Assembly (NCBI GenBank): GCA_034190245.1
Contig: JAXHTJ010000003.1
Span: forward strand, 1 to 53,574
DNA length: 53,574 nucleotides
Direction of reading: 5' to 3'
Source: Halobacteriota archaeon
GTDB taxonomy: Archaea; Halobacteriota; Syntropharchaeia; DAOWMC01
Shown here: positions 1 through 11,648 of the stretch, in pieces
How positions within the stretch are numbered: position 1 is the first letter of the stretch
Layout: each line of letters opens with the position of its first letter
Program-made: the position numbers and the translations under genes
Notes under the pieces: model-generated
Seen by the model: the letters and a program-made list of their open reading frames with translations, nothing else
Database searches by the model: none
What the model was told of the DNA's origin: nothing

Positions 1-2
1 TA

Positions 3-365
3 GTAGCAACTGGGGGCGTTTTATCTGGAGCTACAATTACAGTCAATGAAACGATCACATCAATCGTGTATGTTTTCATCTTATGGGTGGCCATTGCTGG
101 AGCTTCTCACATGATCTCAACAGCACTTAGAGGGGGCGGAGAGTTTCATCCTCAGATGACCACACTCATTGGTTTCAGCACAATTCCGATCTGTATAGGG
201 TATGCAATATATATGATGGCTCCGTATGGCGTGATTATACCGATCGCAGTAATCTGGTCAGTGATAATATCGTTTTTTGGGGTGAAGGAATCACGCAATC
301 TGACATCCACAAAATCTGTTATCTCCGCAGGTGCATCTCTCCTATGGCTGTTGTTACTACTTTGA
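3..365 (+). CDS. Yip1-like multi-pass membrane protein, 5'-truncated by window edge
   Basis: Frame is open from position 3 to TGA at 363-365; several hydrophobic helices with the Yip1-like pattern 'SHMISTALRGGGEF...LIGFSTIP...GVKESRNL'. Confidence 0.55.
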   Translation, partial: VATGGVLSGATITVNETITSIVYVFILWVAIAGASHMISTALRGGGEFHPQMTTLIGFSTIPICIGYAIYMMAPYGVIIPIAVIWSVIISFFGVKESRNLTSTKSVISAGASLLWLLLLL

Positions 366-407
366 AAATTTTTAGTAATTGAAGCAAAGACTTGCTGATG
401 TATAAAT

Positions 408-1311
408 ATGTCCCGTAGAAAATTAGAAGAAGAAACGGAAAAGCTGATCGACGATTTGAAAAATTCTTCTAGCTTAATCCAGACAGTGAAACATGGAACG
501 AAGAATTCGAGGAATGGATGATGGGTGCTTATGAGGAGGATGTAGAAGAGATAGATTATAATCAGCCACTTGAAGTGGATACAAAGATCCTAAATGACTT
601 TTCTGAGGATGATTTGAGTCATACATCCGTTTTGAAAGATTTTCAGACGTTTTTAAGCTACATTTCAGAGAAAAATGGTATGAAGTTAACCAAGGCAAAT
701 AGTTTTATCATGAGACGTGATCTCTTGGCATTAAACGAAGTTATGAGTGAACCGGAAAAATTGAAGAAGACAGTAAATCAACCCGGTTCTAAGACAATGC
801 GCCTATTTTACAACATGGGTAGAACCTTAAATCTATTCATCGTGAACTCGAAAAACACGTTAAAGATAACTCCAAGAATGGAGATTTTCAATAAGCTTTC
901 GCCGAGGGGGCAATTTGCTATTCTCTTTGATGCCATGTGGAACAAAACGAGATGGCAGAAGTTTCTATCACCGGATAGTGGAGGAAGACCAGAATGGGCA
1001 CAAGAAGAGAGAACGGAAATTGCATACGCATTATCTGATTGTGAAGCAGGGAAAAATATCCATATCGAGATTGGATTAAGGGGCTTTACATGGAAGACGG
1101 CGATGATGAATTAAGCGCATCTCTTGATGCAATGACATTTATATGCAGCGTCTTTGAAGAGAGGATCATTCCAGCACTGAAGTTATTTGGACTCCTTTAT
1201 TTTGAGTATGGGAAGAATAGAGATGAATATTTCATTAGGCACTGTTGGGGAATAGAATGGTTTTCGGTTACAGGCTTTGGGAAGAAGATATTTAAAGCCG
1301 TTGGAATATGA
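408..1311 (+). pseudogene. Disrupted gene for a hypothetical protein resembling the N-terminal domain of pRiA4b ORF-3-associated proteins
   Basis: ATG at 408; frameshift at A5 run 459-463, in-frame TAG 470-472, second frameshift at A5 run 1052-1056 joining ORFs 518-1114 and 1090-1311 into one plausible protein. Confidence 0.6.
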
Positions 1312-1631
1312 AAAAAGAAGAACTAAGAGAGAGAATGGGTAAGAGAAGCAATAAGAGCGAGAAGCTTCTCCTGTATTGAAACATTTGAACAAGGTTTATG
1401 CTTATTGAATTTGCGATGGGGGTGGCAGAAAATGCGAAACATGGATGAGATAATTCAGACGATGGGCAAGGTAGAAGATGAACCCAGAGATAAAAATGAT
1501 TATGATAGATGAGAATACAGATGGAGTAATAGAAAATATTAAACACATCAAAAATAATGCCGAAACCATTAATGGAAATCTTGGTGATAAACAGGTTTTT
1601 TGGATTTGAAATCTAAGTTAGATGTGATAAA

Positions 1632-2231
1632 ATGACCGAAACACAACAGCGTATCCACGTAAGTAGGGTTGAGGTGAACTCAATCGAGTTCGATCATGAG
1701 GTGATGAACATCCCTATCAATCTTGGAGAAGAAGTCAGTTTCGAGTTCATTGTAATAAACTACGGAAACCCCGCACATGTACATCTTTCCACAAGTGAGG
1801 AGATTGGAAAACAGGTGAGCTTTCTCAAGGACAATCCATACGTTAAATACGAGGAGAGGATACCTGTGATACTGAGATTACCCAAGGATGGAGGCTCCCA
1901 GGAGGGGGAGATATTCGTGACAACTGGATACGGCTCGAAGAAGAAGAGCTTCAAGGTTAAGATGCTGATCAAAGAGGAGAAGAAGCATGAAGTAATCGTA
2001 GACAATAAATTGTCAAAAAAGGTGACGGAGAAGCCTAAGAAGAGGGAATTGAGCGGGATTTATAGTCAACAGGAGGTGATGGTAGCGACATTTACGCTAG
2101 TATTGATCCTTCTTTCTCTGTTCCTGACATTTTACGGAGAAGACTCGTATCCTTTTGCAGGATCGTTGCTTGCTTCAATCCTGATAGTATTTTTGGTCCT
2201 GTATAGTTATAAAAGATCAATCAGTTTGTGA
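1632..2231 (+). CDS. Conserved archaeal hypothetical protein (Ig-like N-domain, two C-terminal TM helices)
   Basis: 199-aa ORF 6 bp upstream of pyrG; 'NYGNPAHVHL' and 'TGYGS' segments, C-terminal hydrophobic hairpin. Confidence 0.7.
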   Translation: MTETQQRIHVSRVEVNSIEFDHEVMNIPINLGEEVSFEFIVINYGNPAHVHLSTSEEIGKQVSFLKDNPYVKYEERIPVILRLPKDGGSQEGEIFVTTGYGSKKKSFKVKMLIKEEKKHEVIVDNKLSKKVTEKPKKRELSGIYSQQEVMVATFTLVLILLSLFLTFYGEDSYPFAGSLLASILIVFLVLYSYKRSISL

Positions 2232-3851
<1,620 letters not shown>

Positions 3852-3862
3852 AGGGATAGGAG

Positions 3863-4246
3863 ATGAAAAAGGAAGTCTTTTTTACGAAGAAGGCACCTCA
3901 GCCAAAGGGAGCTTACTCTCAAGCCGTTATCCATAATGGTCTTTTGTATATATCTGGGCAGGTTCCCATCGACCCAATAACTGGCGATATTTTTAAGGGA
4001 ACGATCGAGGAAGAGACGAGATTGGTGCTTGAAAATATAAAAGCCATCGTAGAAGGGGCTGGAAGCGAAATGGGGGATGTTTTGAATGTAACGTGCTATC
4101 TTGCCGATATCGATGAATTTAAAGGTTTCAACAGAGTATATGGGGAATACTTTGAGAAAAAACCACCCGCAAGAACAACCATTCAAGCGGGAAAACTGCC
4201 TCTCGGTGTGAAGATAGAGATCGATGCAATAGCTGCAATTGGATGA
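3863..4246 (+). CDS. ridA: RidA/YjgF enamine/imine deaminase
   Basis: AP..GAYSQAV, YISGQ, PPARTT, KIEIDAIA motifs. Confidence 0.93.
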   Translation: MKKEVFFTKKAPQPKGAYSQAVIHNGLLYISGQVPIDPITGDIFKGTIEEETRLVLENIKAIVEGAGSEMGDVLNVTCYLADIDEFKGFNRVYGEYFEKKPPARTTIQAGKLPLGVKIEIDAIAAIG

Positions 4247-4287
4247 TGCATTACCAAGGATTTAAAAAAAATAAAAAAAAGTGGAGT

Positions 4288-5175
4288 TTACCTCTTGAAG
4301 ATCTCTGGCATCTTCTCGATCAACTCCTGAGGTGTCCACTTTTCTTTCTTCGATATACCCTTACCGGATTTCCATGGAATCATTCTGTTGACATTTGCTC
4401 CCATGACATGAATCACCTCGCCATTTACTCTTCTTGCTGCTTCTGAGGCCAGGTATACTACAACCGGTGCAATGTTTCCCGGATCCATTGGATCAAAAGC
4501 ACCCTCCTTCGGCTTCGCTTCTGCCATTGCCCCGCCAAACTTCGTTCCCTCTATTGTCATCCTTGTCCTTGCAGCAGGACATACAGCATTGACGGTCACA
4601 CCATATTTTTTCAACTCTTTGGACGTGATAATTGTGAAGGATGCAATTCCAGCTTTTGCAGCTCCGTAATTACCCTGCCCGGGGTTTCCGGTTAGTCCGG
4701 AATCAGAGGTTGTATTTATGACTCGTCCATACACCTTCTTCCCGGCCTTCGATTGTGCCCTCCAGTATTCAGCCGCGTGTCTGATGGTGTTGAATGTGCC
4801 TTTAAGATGCACTCCGACGACGATATCAAACTCATCTTCACTCATGTTGAAGATCATCCTGTCCCTCAGGATACCGGCGTTGTTTACAAGTATATTTAGA
4901 TCGCCGAACTCATCTACCGCTTGTTGAACCATCTCCTTGGCAGCATTGTAGTCTGTAACGCTACTGTAATTTGCTACTGCCTCTCCTCCCGCATCTTTAA
5001 TCTCTTTTACAACCTCACCGGCCGGGGTCGAATCACTCCCTGTTCCATCCCAGCGTCCACCCAGGTCATTGACAACGACCTTTGCACCTTCCTGGGCCAG
5101 AAGTAACGCTTCGCCTCTTCCGATTCCTCGTCCAGCTCCTGTCACTATTGCTACTTTTCCATCTAACAATCCCAT
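4288..5175 (-). CDS. SDR NAD(P)-dependent oxidoreductase (FabG/Hsd4A/MFE-2-like 3-hydroxyacyl-CoA dehydrogenase type)
   Basis: Start at MGLLDGKVAIV; TGAGRGIG, VVVNDLGG, NNAGILRD, YGAAK catalytic motif. Confidence 0.9.
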   Translation of the reverse strand: MGLLDGKVAIVTGAGRGIGRGEALLLAQEGAKVVVNDLGGRWDGTGSDSTPAGEVVKEIKDAGGEAVANYSSVTDYNAAKEMVQQAVDEFGDLNILVNNAGILRDRMIFNMSEDEFDIVVGVHLKGTFNTIRHAAEYWRAQSKAGKKVYGRVINTTSDSGLTGNPGQGNYGAAKAGIASFTIITSKELKKYGVTVNAVCPAARTRMTIEGTKFGGAMAEAKPKEGAFDPMDPGNIAPVVVYLASEAARRVNGEVIHVMGANVNRMIPWKSGKGISKKEKWTPQELIEKMPEIFKR

Positions 5176-5291
5176 TTTAATGCCCTCTTTTAAACATTTA
5201 CCTCTTATTTCACGTAATGTTATATAAAAATAATTGAAGATATCCCTGTAGCATATTGTGCACCAGGAACCATGCACCTTTTAAAAAATAT

Positions 5292-6446
5292 CTACAATCT
5301 ACCGATCCTCTCTATTGCTTCTTTCATCCTCTCAACAGGTTCAGTAAGCGCAAATCTCAGATACCCCTGCCCATACTTACCAAACCCAACTCCTGGAGTT
5401 GCAACTACCCCAGCCTCTTCGAGTAAAATTTTGGAGAAACCGATGGAGTCATACTCATCGTCAGGGACCCTTGCCCAGACATAAAATGTTGCCTTTGGAA
5501 CCTGCATATCCCAGCCAAGCGCCTTTAAACCCTGCACCAGAGTATCCCTTCTCTCTTTGTATACCTCAACGTTCTTACTTATACAGTCTTGAGGCCCTGT
5601 CAACGCAGTTATACCTGCCTCTTGAACTGCCTGAAAGAGACCCGAGTCGATATTGGTCTTTATCTGCCCTATGCCATTCAGAATCTCTTCATTGCCGACC
5701 GCGTAACCGACCCTCCAGCCGGTCATGTTGTATGTCTTTGATAGCGAGTTGAACTCTATTCCCACGTCCCTTGCACCATCAATTGTGAGAAAACTCAAAG
5801 CTTTATACCCATCGAATGTTATCTCTGAGTATGGATTATCGTGGCAGATTATTATCTCATTATCTTTTGCGAAATCGACGGCTTCCTTGAAGAATGATTC
5901 ATCCGCAGTCGCCGAAGTTGGATTGTTCGGATAATTTAAAAACATCATCTTCGCTTTTCTGGCAGTATCGGGACCTATTGCCTCCAGATCCACTTTAAAG
6001 TCATTTTCAGAGGTTAAAGGCATCACGTGTGGTATCCCATCTGCAAGTATGGTCGAATTGTTATAGACAGGGTACGCAGGATCAGGAACCAGCACAACAT
6101 CTCCGCTGTTTATAAATGCAAATGGAGCATGCGCAATCCCCTCTTTTGAACCTATCAACGTGAGCACCTCGCTCTTCGGATCAAGTGAAACTCCTTTCGT
6201 CTTTTCGTACCATTCTGCAACTGCTTCTCTGAACGAGAGCATGCCTATGTATGAGGGGTATCTATGATTTTCAGAATTCTTTGCGGCCTCGTACAATGAA
6301 TCGATGATATGCGTGGGAGTTGGTAGATCAGGATCACCTACCCCAAGGTCTATGACATCAATACCTTTGCCAATCGCTGCGGATTTTGCTTCGTCGATAT
6401 CCGAAAATAGATATGGTGGTAATAGATTAATCCTCTCCGAGTACAT
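5292..6446 (-). CDS. dapL: LL-diaminopimelate aminotransferase (class I/II PLP aminotransferase)
   Basis: LPPYLF, DLGVGDPD, GSKEGIAH, NYPNNPT, SLSKTYNMTGWRVG. Confidence 0.85.
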   Translation of the reverse strand: MYSERINLLPPYLFSDIDEAKSAAIGKGIDVIDLGVGDPDLPTPTHIIDSLYEAAKNSENHRYPSYIGMLSFREAVAEWYEKTKGVSLDPKSEVLTLIGSKEGIAHAPFAFINSGDVVLVPDPAYPVYNNSTILADGIPHVMPLTSENDFKVDLEAIGPDTARKAKMMFLNYPNNPTSATADESFFKEAVDFAKDNEIIICHDNPYSEITFDGYKALSFLTIDGARDVGIEFNSLSKTYNMTGWRVGYAVGNEEILNGIGQIKTNIDSGLFQAVQEAGITALTGPQDCISKNVEVYKERRDTLVQGLKALGWDMQVPKATFYVWARVPDDEYDSIGFSKILLEEAGVVATPGVGFGKYGQGYLRFALTEPVERMKEAIERIGRL

Positions 6447-6563
6447 ACAAGTCAACCTTTAGTTTAGAGGTGATCACCCGCTCATAAAACTTTTGAAGTA
6501 GAGAGAATGTTTAATACACATCAGGCACTTAATATCTTGTTAAGTATAAGGACCTGTGAAGAG

Positions 6564-7310
6564 ATGAAGAAAAAGATCATGAAACTTTTGGCCTTTCTAT
6601 TTGTATTGACGCTATTTTTCAGTTTTACAGGGGTGGCACTGGAACTTGATAACCCCTCTGATTACATAATGATACACTATACAGGCTCTCATGTAGCGGA
6701 ATTGACCTCGCCCAAGAGCGAGCTGGTCTTCCTTGTTGTGAAGGCGAGAATTGATAGCATCAAGCTGGAGGGGGCAGAAGATCTTATGCGCATAAATGTA
6801 AATGGGATGCCTATAACAAAGCCGCAGCTTGAAAACAAAGGCCCCAACTGGCAATATGCCGATGGAAGTATATTTTCATATTATAGTCTAAAACATGACT
6901 CATGGAACCTATTTTATAGCCCCGATTTCAAGTCAAATAATCTTGATGAAGCCGAATATAGCGGCTATAGTGTACTTCAGGGGGAAGCCTACAGATACAA
7001 ATTTGATGTTACAGAGATGGTGATAAAAGGCGATGTCAATAAAATTACGATCAAACATGCAGCAGATGAATGGATAGATGAATATTCCAAAGAAGAAGTC
7101 AGAAGAATCAAGTCAACAGTAATCGTGGTCGAATCTGTAGAGTTTGAAGGGGGGGCAAGAGAGGCCCCAACACCATCAGTTACCCCAACGTTTGTTTTTA
7201 ATGCTTCGAATACCTCCCAATCATCTGAAGAAGGAACGCCGGGATTCGAAGCAGTATTTGCAATCGTGGGACTTTTGACGGTCGCGTATATCTTCAGGAA
7301 GAGGAGATGA
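6564..7310 (+). CDS. Secreted surface protein with PGF-CTERM archaeosortase signal
   Basis: Signal peptide MKKKIMKLLAFLFV..., Ser/Thr/Pro linker, C-terminal TPGFEAVFAIVGLLTVAYIFRKRR. Confidence 0.88.
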   Translation: MKKKIMKLLAFLFVLTLFFSFTGVALELDNPSDYIMIHYTGSHVAELTSPKSELVFLVVKARIDSIKLEGAEDLMRINVNGMPITKPQLENKGPNWQYADGSIFSYYSLKHDSWNLFYSPDFKSNNLDEAEYSGYSVLQGEAYRYKFDVTEMVIKGDVNKITIKHAADEWIDEYSKEEVRRIKSTVIVVESVEFEGGAREAPTPSVTPTFVFNASNTSQSSEEGTPGFEAVFAIVGLLTVAYIFRKRR

Positions 7311-7333
7311 TATAGACATATATAAAGTTGAGA

Positions 7334-8563
7334 CTACAGACTCACTTCATCCCCATTTTCGGGTGCAATAGCATCACATTCGCAGTTCTCTCTGATCCAT
7401 TCAGCAAACCCCTTTGTATCATCCCCGTGAACGGTAAAGACGCATTCCACTCCACTATCGCAGAATTTTGATACGATCGACTTCAGTCCGGCATCATCTG
7501 CATGCGCGGAGAAGTCGTATTGCTCAACCTTCGCTATGATGTTAAGTATCCTTCCATCGACTTCGATGCGATGTTGCTCTATTGCCTTTCTACCATTTGT
7601 ATCTTCCACTTGATATCCTGTGAGCAGAATCTTGCTCATCGGGTCATTGTGAATCTTGCTGATATAGTATAATACCGGCCCACCATTCAGCATTCCGGCC
7701 GTAGTGACAACAATAGATGGCTCTGAAAGAACTCCTGACCTTCTTCTTCTTTTGACGAAACGGACATTATCAAAGGCTTCAGTGAGCTCCTTCTCATCCT
7801 TTAGAAATGATGGACTCTTTTCGATTATTTCAAAGACCTCTATACCCATCCCATCCACGTATGGTGAAAATCCATGTGCATGGAGGATCATCACGATCTC
7901 CTGAGTTCTACCCACAGCAAAACAGGGAATTATTGCATTTCCACCGTTATCAAGTGTCTCGGTAATGGACTCAATAAAAGCCTTCTCCAGCTCAGCTCTA
8001 TTTGGGTGGCTCTTATTATAATATGTGCTCTCGATGATGAGTATATCTGCTGCTGGATAGTTGGGGTCCGCCCCGTTTATCAACCTCGTATCCATCGTGT
8101 TGATATCACCGGTGTAAAGTAGGCTCTTCTTCCCCTCGAGATATATACAGGAGCTACCAGGGATATGGCCCGCATCGTGAAGTCGGACACTATATCCCGA
8201 TGTGAAGAAATCTTCATTATAGGATACAAGGGTGGTCTTCTCCATAAATTTCTTCAGATCTTCTTCAATGAACGGAAGAATGCCCTGCTCCTTTCCAATC
8301 TTGATCGTATCTTTACCCATAAGATAGGAGATGTCCCTTGTTGGAGGAGTCATAAAGACATCCAGCTTAAGATCCATAAGATTCGGTACTATCCCCGAGT
8401 GATCGAGATGAGCATGTGAAACGATGATAGATCTTGGACGGATGCCATTCAGGGGAAATTGTGGTGGATCTGACGGTTTCATCCCGTAATCAAGAAGCAG
8501 ATCATCCACAAGTATGGCTGAGCGCCCTACCTCGCCACATCCTCCCAGAAATCTTATATCGAT
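7334..8563 (-). CDS. MBL-fold beta-CASP ribonuclease (aCPSF2-like)
   Basis: SHAHLDH, DAGHIPGS, YTGD, IESTY, FSAHAD; conserved N-terminus (I)DIRFLGGCGEVGRSA lies upstream of the called GTG and begins at ATC 8563. Confidence 0.9.
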   Translation of the reverse strand: MDIRFLGGCGEVGRSAILVDDLLLDYGMKPSDPPQFPLNGIRPRSIIVSHAHLDHSGIVPNLMDLKLDVFMTPPTRDISYLMGKDTIKIGKEQGILPFIEEDLKKFMEKTTLVSYNEDFFTSGYSVRLHDAGHIPGSSCIYLEGKKSLLYTGDINTMDTRLINGADPNYPAADILIIESTYYNKSHPNRAELEKAFIESITETLDNGGNAIIPCFAVGRTQEIVMILHAHGFSPYVDGMGIEVFEIIEKSPSFLKDEKELTEAFDNVRFVKRRRRSGVLSEPSIVVTTAGMLNGGPVLYYISKIHNDPMSKILLTGYQVEDTNGRKAIEQHRIEVDGRILNIIAKVEQYDFSAHADDAGLKSIVSKFCDSGVECVFTVHGDDTKGFAEWIRENCECDAIAPENGDEVSL

Positions 8564-8574
8564 CTTTTTTCCCC

Positions 8575-9324
8575 CTATCCGTACGGTCGCATATGATCAT
8601 CGTCTTCCTTTCTCACATCTCGATACTCTTGATGCTCGACTTCCCTTATCAGACCCTGCTTGATCTCATCAGCCTTCTCAATACCATCCAGGCTCACCTC
8701 AATATTCAGCATTTTTGACAGGACTTTCAGTAAAGCTCTGGCAGCCTTCAAATCACTGACATCGCGACCGGATGTTTCACCCAACAGGCATATTCCCTGC
8801 ATGTCATAGAAGGTGCAAAGACCAATTAAGAGCCCGTTGATACCACTTATCGCCCCGCCATGCATCTTTATTACACCAAGCCTCGTTAGATCTTCAATAA
8901 CCTCGGAACTGGTCCCTGCTCTGAAAACCCTCGGTTTTCTAAATTGATAACCACTCGCATATGCCGCCAGTGTAATTATACGTGTTACACTAAATTTTTT
9001 TGCGATCTTCAAGATCTTGTCCCCGAGCTCATACATGCCAACCGAATCAAGTGGTTGTGAATTTCCACAAAGAATTATCAGATCGGGGTCCTTCGTATAA
9101 TAAAACTCGTTCTTCATAAGTTCGGCCTCCCTATTGTTGACCAAAACCTGGGATGGAAATCTCGTGGAATGCAGCGCCCCAAAAAGTTCTGCCTTAAGCT
9201 CGATTGCTAAATAGTCGGCTGCTATCTTCCCTATACTCCCGATTCCTGGCAGTCCACAGATCATTGTCGGGTTATCAAGGTCAGGATTTTCATATATGCT
9301 GGTATCTATCCCATTGTCATTCAT
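8575..9324 (-). CDS. Proteasome assembly chaperone (PAC2/PbaB family)
   Basis: GLPGIGSIGKIAADYL, ISGINGLL, ICLLGETSG, C-terminal HbYX-like 'PYG'. Confidence 0.85.
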   Translation of the reverse strand: MNDNGIDTSIYENPDLDNPTMICGLPGIGSIGKIAADYLAIELKAELFGALHSTRFPSQVLVNNREAELMKNEFYYTKDPDLIILCGNSQPLDSVGMYELGDKILKIAKKFSVTRIITLAAYASGYQFRKPRVFRAGTSSEVIEDLTRLGVIKMHGGAISGINGLLIGLCTFYDMQGICLLGETSGRDVSDLKAARALLKVLSKMLNIEVSLDGIEKADEIKQGLIREVEHQEYRDVRKEDDDHMRPYG

Positions 9325-9410
9325 CTACTCTCCCACCAACCTACCAGTTTACGCATAACATTGTATACATATCCTATATTTATTTATGTTTCCATCACAT
9401 ATTTGGTTTA

Positions 9411-11639
9411 ATGGCCGAATTTATTGCTCACCCCATGATCAAACCGGCAAAGATACAAAAGCGGTCATATCAAATTTCTTTGGCTGAAAAAGCTGCAAAA
9501 AAATCTACAATGATCGTATTACCTACAGGTATGGGGAAGACGGTTATCGCACTCCTTGTGATGGCAGAACGATTGGACAAGGGAAAGATCCTCATGCTCT
9601 CACCCACCAAGCCATTGGTGGAACAGCACGTCGCTTTTCTCAGAAGCGCCTTGAGATTGGACCCTGAAGATATACAGGTCTTCACCGGGGAGATAACGCC
9701 TGATAAGAGGGAGGCGCTCTGGAAGAATGCAAGGGTCATCGTCTCAACACCTCAGGTGATAGAGAACGACCTACTGAACAGGAAGATAGACTTTCGAGAT
9801 GTTGCCCATATAACATTTGATGAGTGTCACAGGGCAGTTGGAAATTACGCCTATGTATACCTGGCGGAGAAGTATTCCGAACAGAGTGAAAATCCTCTAA
9901 CATTGGGAATAACCGCATCACCTGGAAGCGAATCTGATAAAATATCGGAGATCTGCTCCAACCTGCACATCGAATCGGTCGAGATTAGAACAGAGTATGA
10001 TAGTGACGTGTCACCCTATGTTCATGAAAAGAAGATAGAGTGGAGAGTCGTTGAGCTTCCTGAAGAGATCCGGTCTTTGAAGAGGATGATGAGTGAGATT
10101 CTTGTTGATCGGTTGGACAGATTGCACAGACTGGGATTTTTGCCATACAAAAGAAGAGATATATCGATGAGAGAGCTCCTGGCACTCCAGAAGCGTACTC
10201 AGATTCTTCTATCTCAGCAGAAGCACTCCAATACATATAAAGCGGCCTCTATAGAAGCAGAAATTCTTAAACTGAAGCACGCTCTGGATTTGATAGAGAC
10301 TCAGGGAGTTTCCGCCTTACAAAAATATTTTGAGCGCCTTGAAAATGAAGCAAAGTCAAAAGATGGGAGTAAGGCCACCAAAAGACTGCTTTCGGAGCCG
10401 AATATCAAAAAGGCCATCTCTCTACTTGACAGTTGTAAAGAACATCCAAAATTGAATGTTGCAAGACGAATTATAACAGGACAGTTCAAAAATAGTCCCA
10501 ACTCAAGGATAATCGTCTTTGCAAACTTCAGGGACACCGCAGAGATGATCACGAGTTCCCTGAGAGATCTGGATGCAGTAAGGCCCATAAAATTTATCGG
10601 GCAGGCGAGCAAGTACGAGGACAAGGGACTATCTCAGAAGAAGCAGGTAGAGATACTGGATAAGTTCAGAAAGGGCGAGTACAATGTGATGGTTGCAACA
10701 TCAGTCGCAGAAGAGGGGCTGGACATACCTTCCACGGATCTTGTGCTCTTCTATGAGCCTGTACCCTCAGAGATAAGAAACATTCAGCGAAAGGGTCGCA
10801 CGGGAAGGGGGAGATTTGGGAGGGTGATCGTTCTCATTGCGAAGAATACCAAGGATGAAGCCTACTACTGGGCAAGCAAGGGCAAAGAAGAGAAGATGTA
10901 CAGGAAGATGAGGCAACTTCAGAGGAGTGCCGATTACGACACAAAATCCTTCGAAAAACCATCTTTTCAGAAGATGCTCGGAGATAACGATTGCCAGGTT
11001 AAGGTCTTTGCCGACCAGAGAGAGGCGAGATCCGCGGTCGTCAAATCCCTTGACAAGCTCGGTGTTGAGCTTGTTTTAAAGACCCTGGAGGTTGGGGATT
11101 ATGTCTTGAGCGAGAGGGTCTGTGTCGAGCGAAAGAGGGTGGAGGATCTTCTCAGCTCTTTCATGGACAAGAGATACCTCTTCGGACAGCTCTCCGACAT
11201 GAGTAATGAATACGAGAAGCCATTGCTGATAATCGAGGGTGATGGGCTCTATGAGACTCGCAATATTCATCCAAATGCGATCAGAGGGCTGCTCGGTACC
11301 CTTGCCATAGACTTCTGTATGCCTGTGATATTCACAAAGGATGAAGAGGATACTGCAGCCATGTTACAGGTTATAGCCAGACGAGAGCAGGAGAAGAAAC
11401 CCAAAAATTTCAATCCGCACGGTAAAAGATCCTCGCTGAGCCTGAAAGAACAGCAAGAGTACCTGGTATCATCAATATCAAATATCGGCCCCGTAACTGC
11501 CCGTAACCTGCTCACTCGCTTTGGATCTGTCGAAAATGTGATCAAAGCTTCGAAGGAGAGATTGATGGAAGTCGAGAGAGTCGGTCCGATAACTGCTGAT
11601 AAGATAAGGGAGGTTGTTGGATCGGATTATGGTGGGTAA
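9411..11639 (+). CDS. hef: Hef (FANCM/XPF-like) DEAH helicase-ERCC4 nuclease
   Basis: PTGMGKT, DECH, ATSVAEEGLDIP, QRKGRTGR, nuclease ERKRVED, C-terminal HhH; ATG at 9411. Confidence 0.95.
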   Translation: MAEFIAHPMIKPAKIQKRSYQISLAEKAAKKSTMIVLPTGMGKTVIALLVMAERLDKGKILMLSPTKPLVEQHVAFLRSALRLDPEDIQVFTGEITPDKREALWKNARVIVSTPQVIENDLLNRKIDFRDVAHITFDECHRAVGNYAYVYLAEKYSEQSENPLTLGITASPGSESDKISEICSNLHIESVEIRTEYDSDVSPYVHEKKIEWRVVELPEEIRSLKRMMSEILVDRLDRLHRLGFLPYKRRDISMRELLALQKRTQILLSQQKHSNTYKAASIEAEILKLKHALDLIETQGVSALQKYFERLENEAKSKDGSKATKRLLSEPNIKKAISLLDSCKEHPKLNVARRIITGQFKNSPNSRIIVFANFRDTAEMITSSLRDLDAVRPIKFIGQASKYEDKGLSQKKQVEILDKFRKGEYNVMVATSVAEEGLDIPSTDLVLFYEPVPSEIRNIQRKGRTGRGRFGRVIVLIAKNTKDEAYYWASKGKEEKMYRKMRQLQRSADYDTKSFEKPSFQKMLGDNDCQVKVFADQREARSAVVKSLDKLGVELVLKTLEVGDYVLSERVCVERKRVEDLLSSFMDKRYLFGQLSDMSNEYEKPLLIIEGDGLYETRNIHPNAIRGLLGTLAIDFCMPVIFTKDEEDTAAMLQVIARREQEKKPKNFNPHGKRSSLSLKEQQEYLVSSISNIGPVTARNLLTRFGSVENVIKASKERLMEVERVGPITADKIREVVGSDYGG

Positions 11640-11648
11640 ATGAAAACC

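Noticed and set aside
9204-9410. Long N-terminal extensions in the ORF track (hef 9204, SDR 5277, DUF2117 14015, MBL 24110 and 31737)
   Set aside because: They overlap neighbouring genes or promoters; family homology begins at downstream ATGs.
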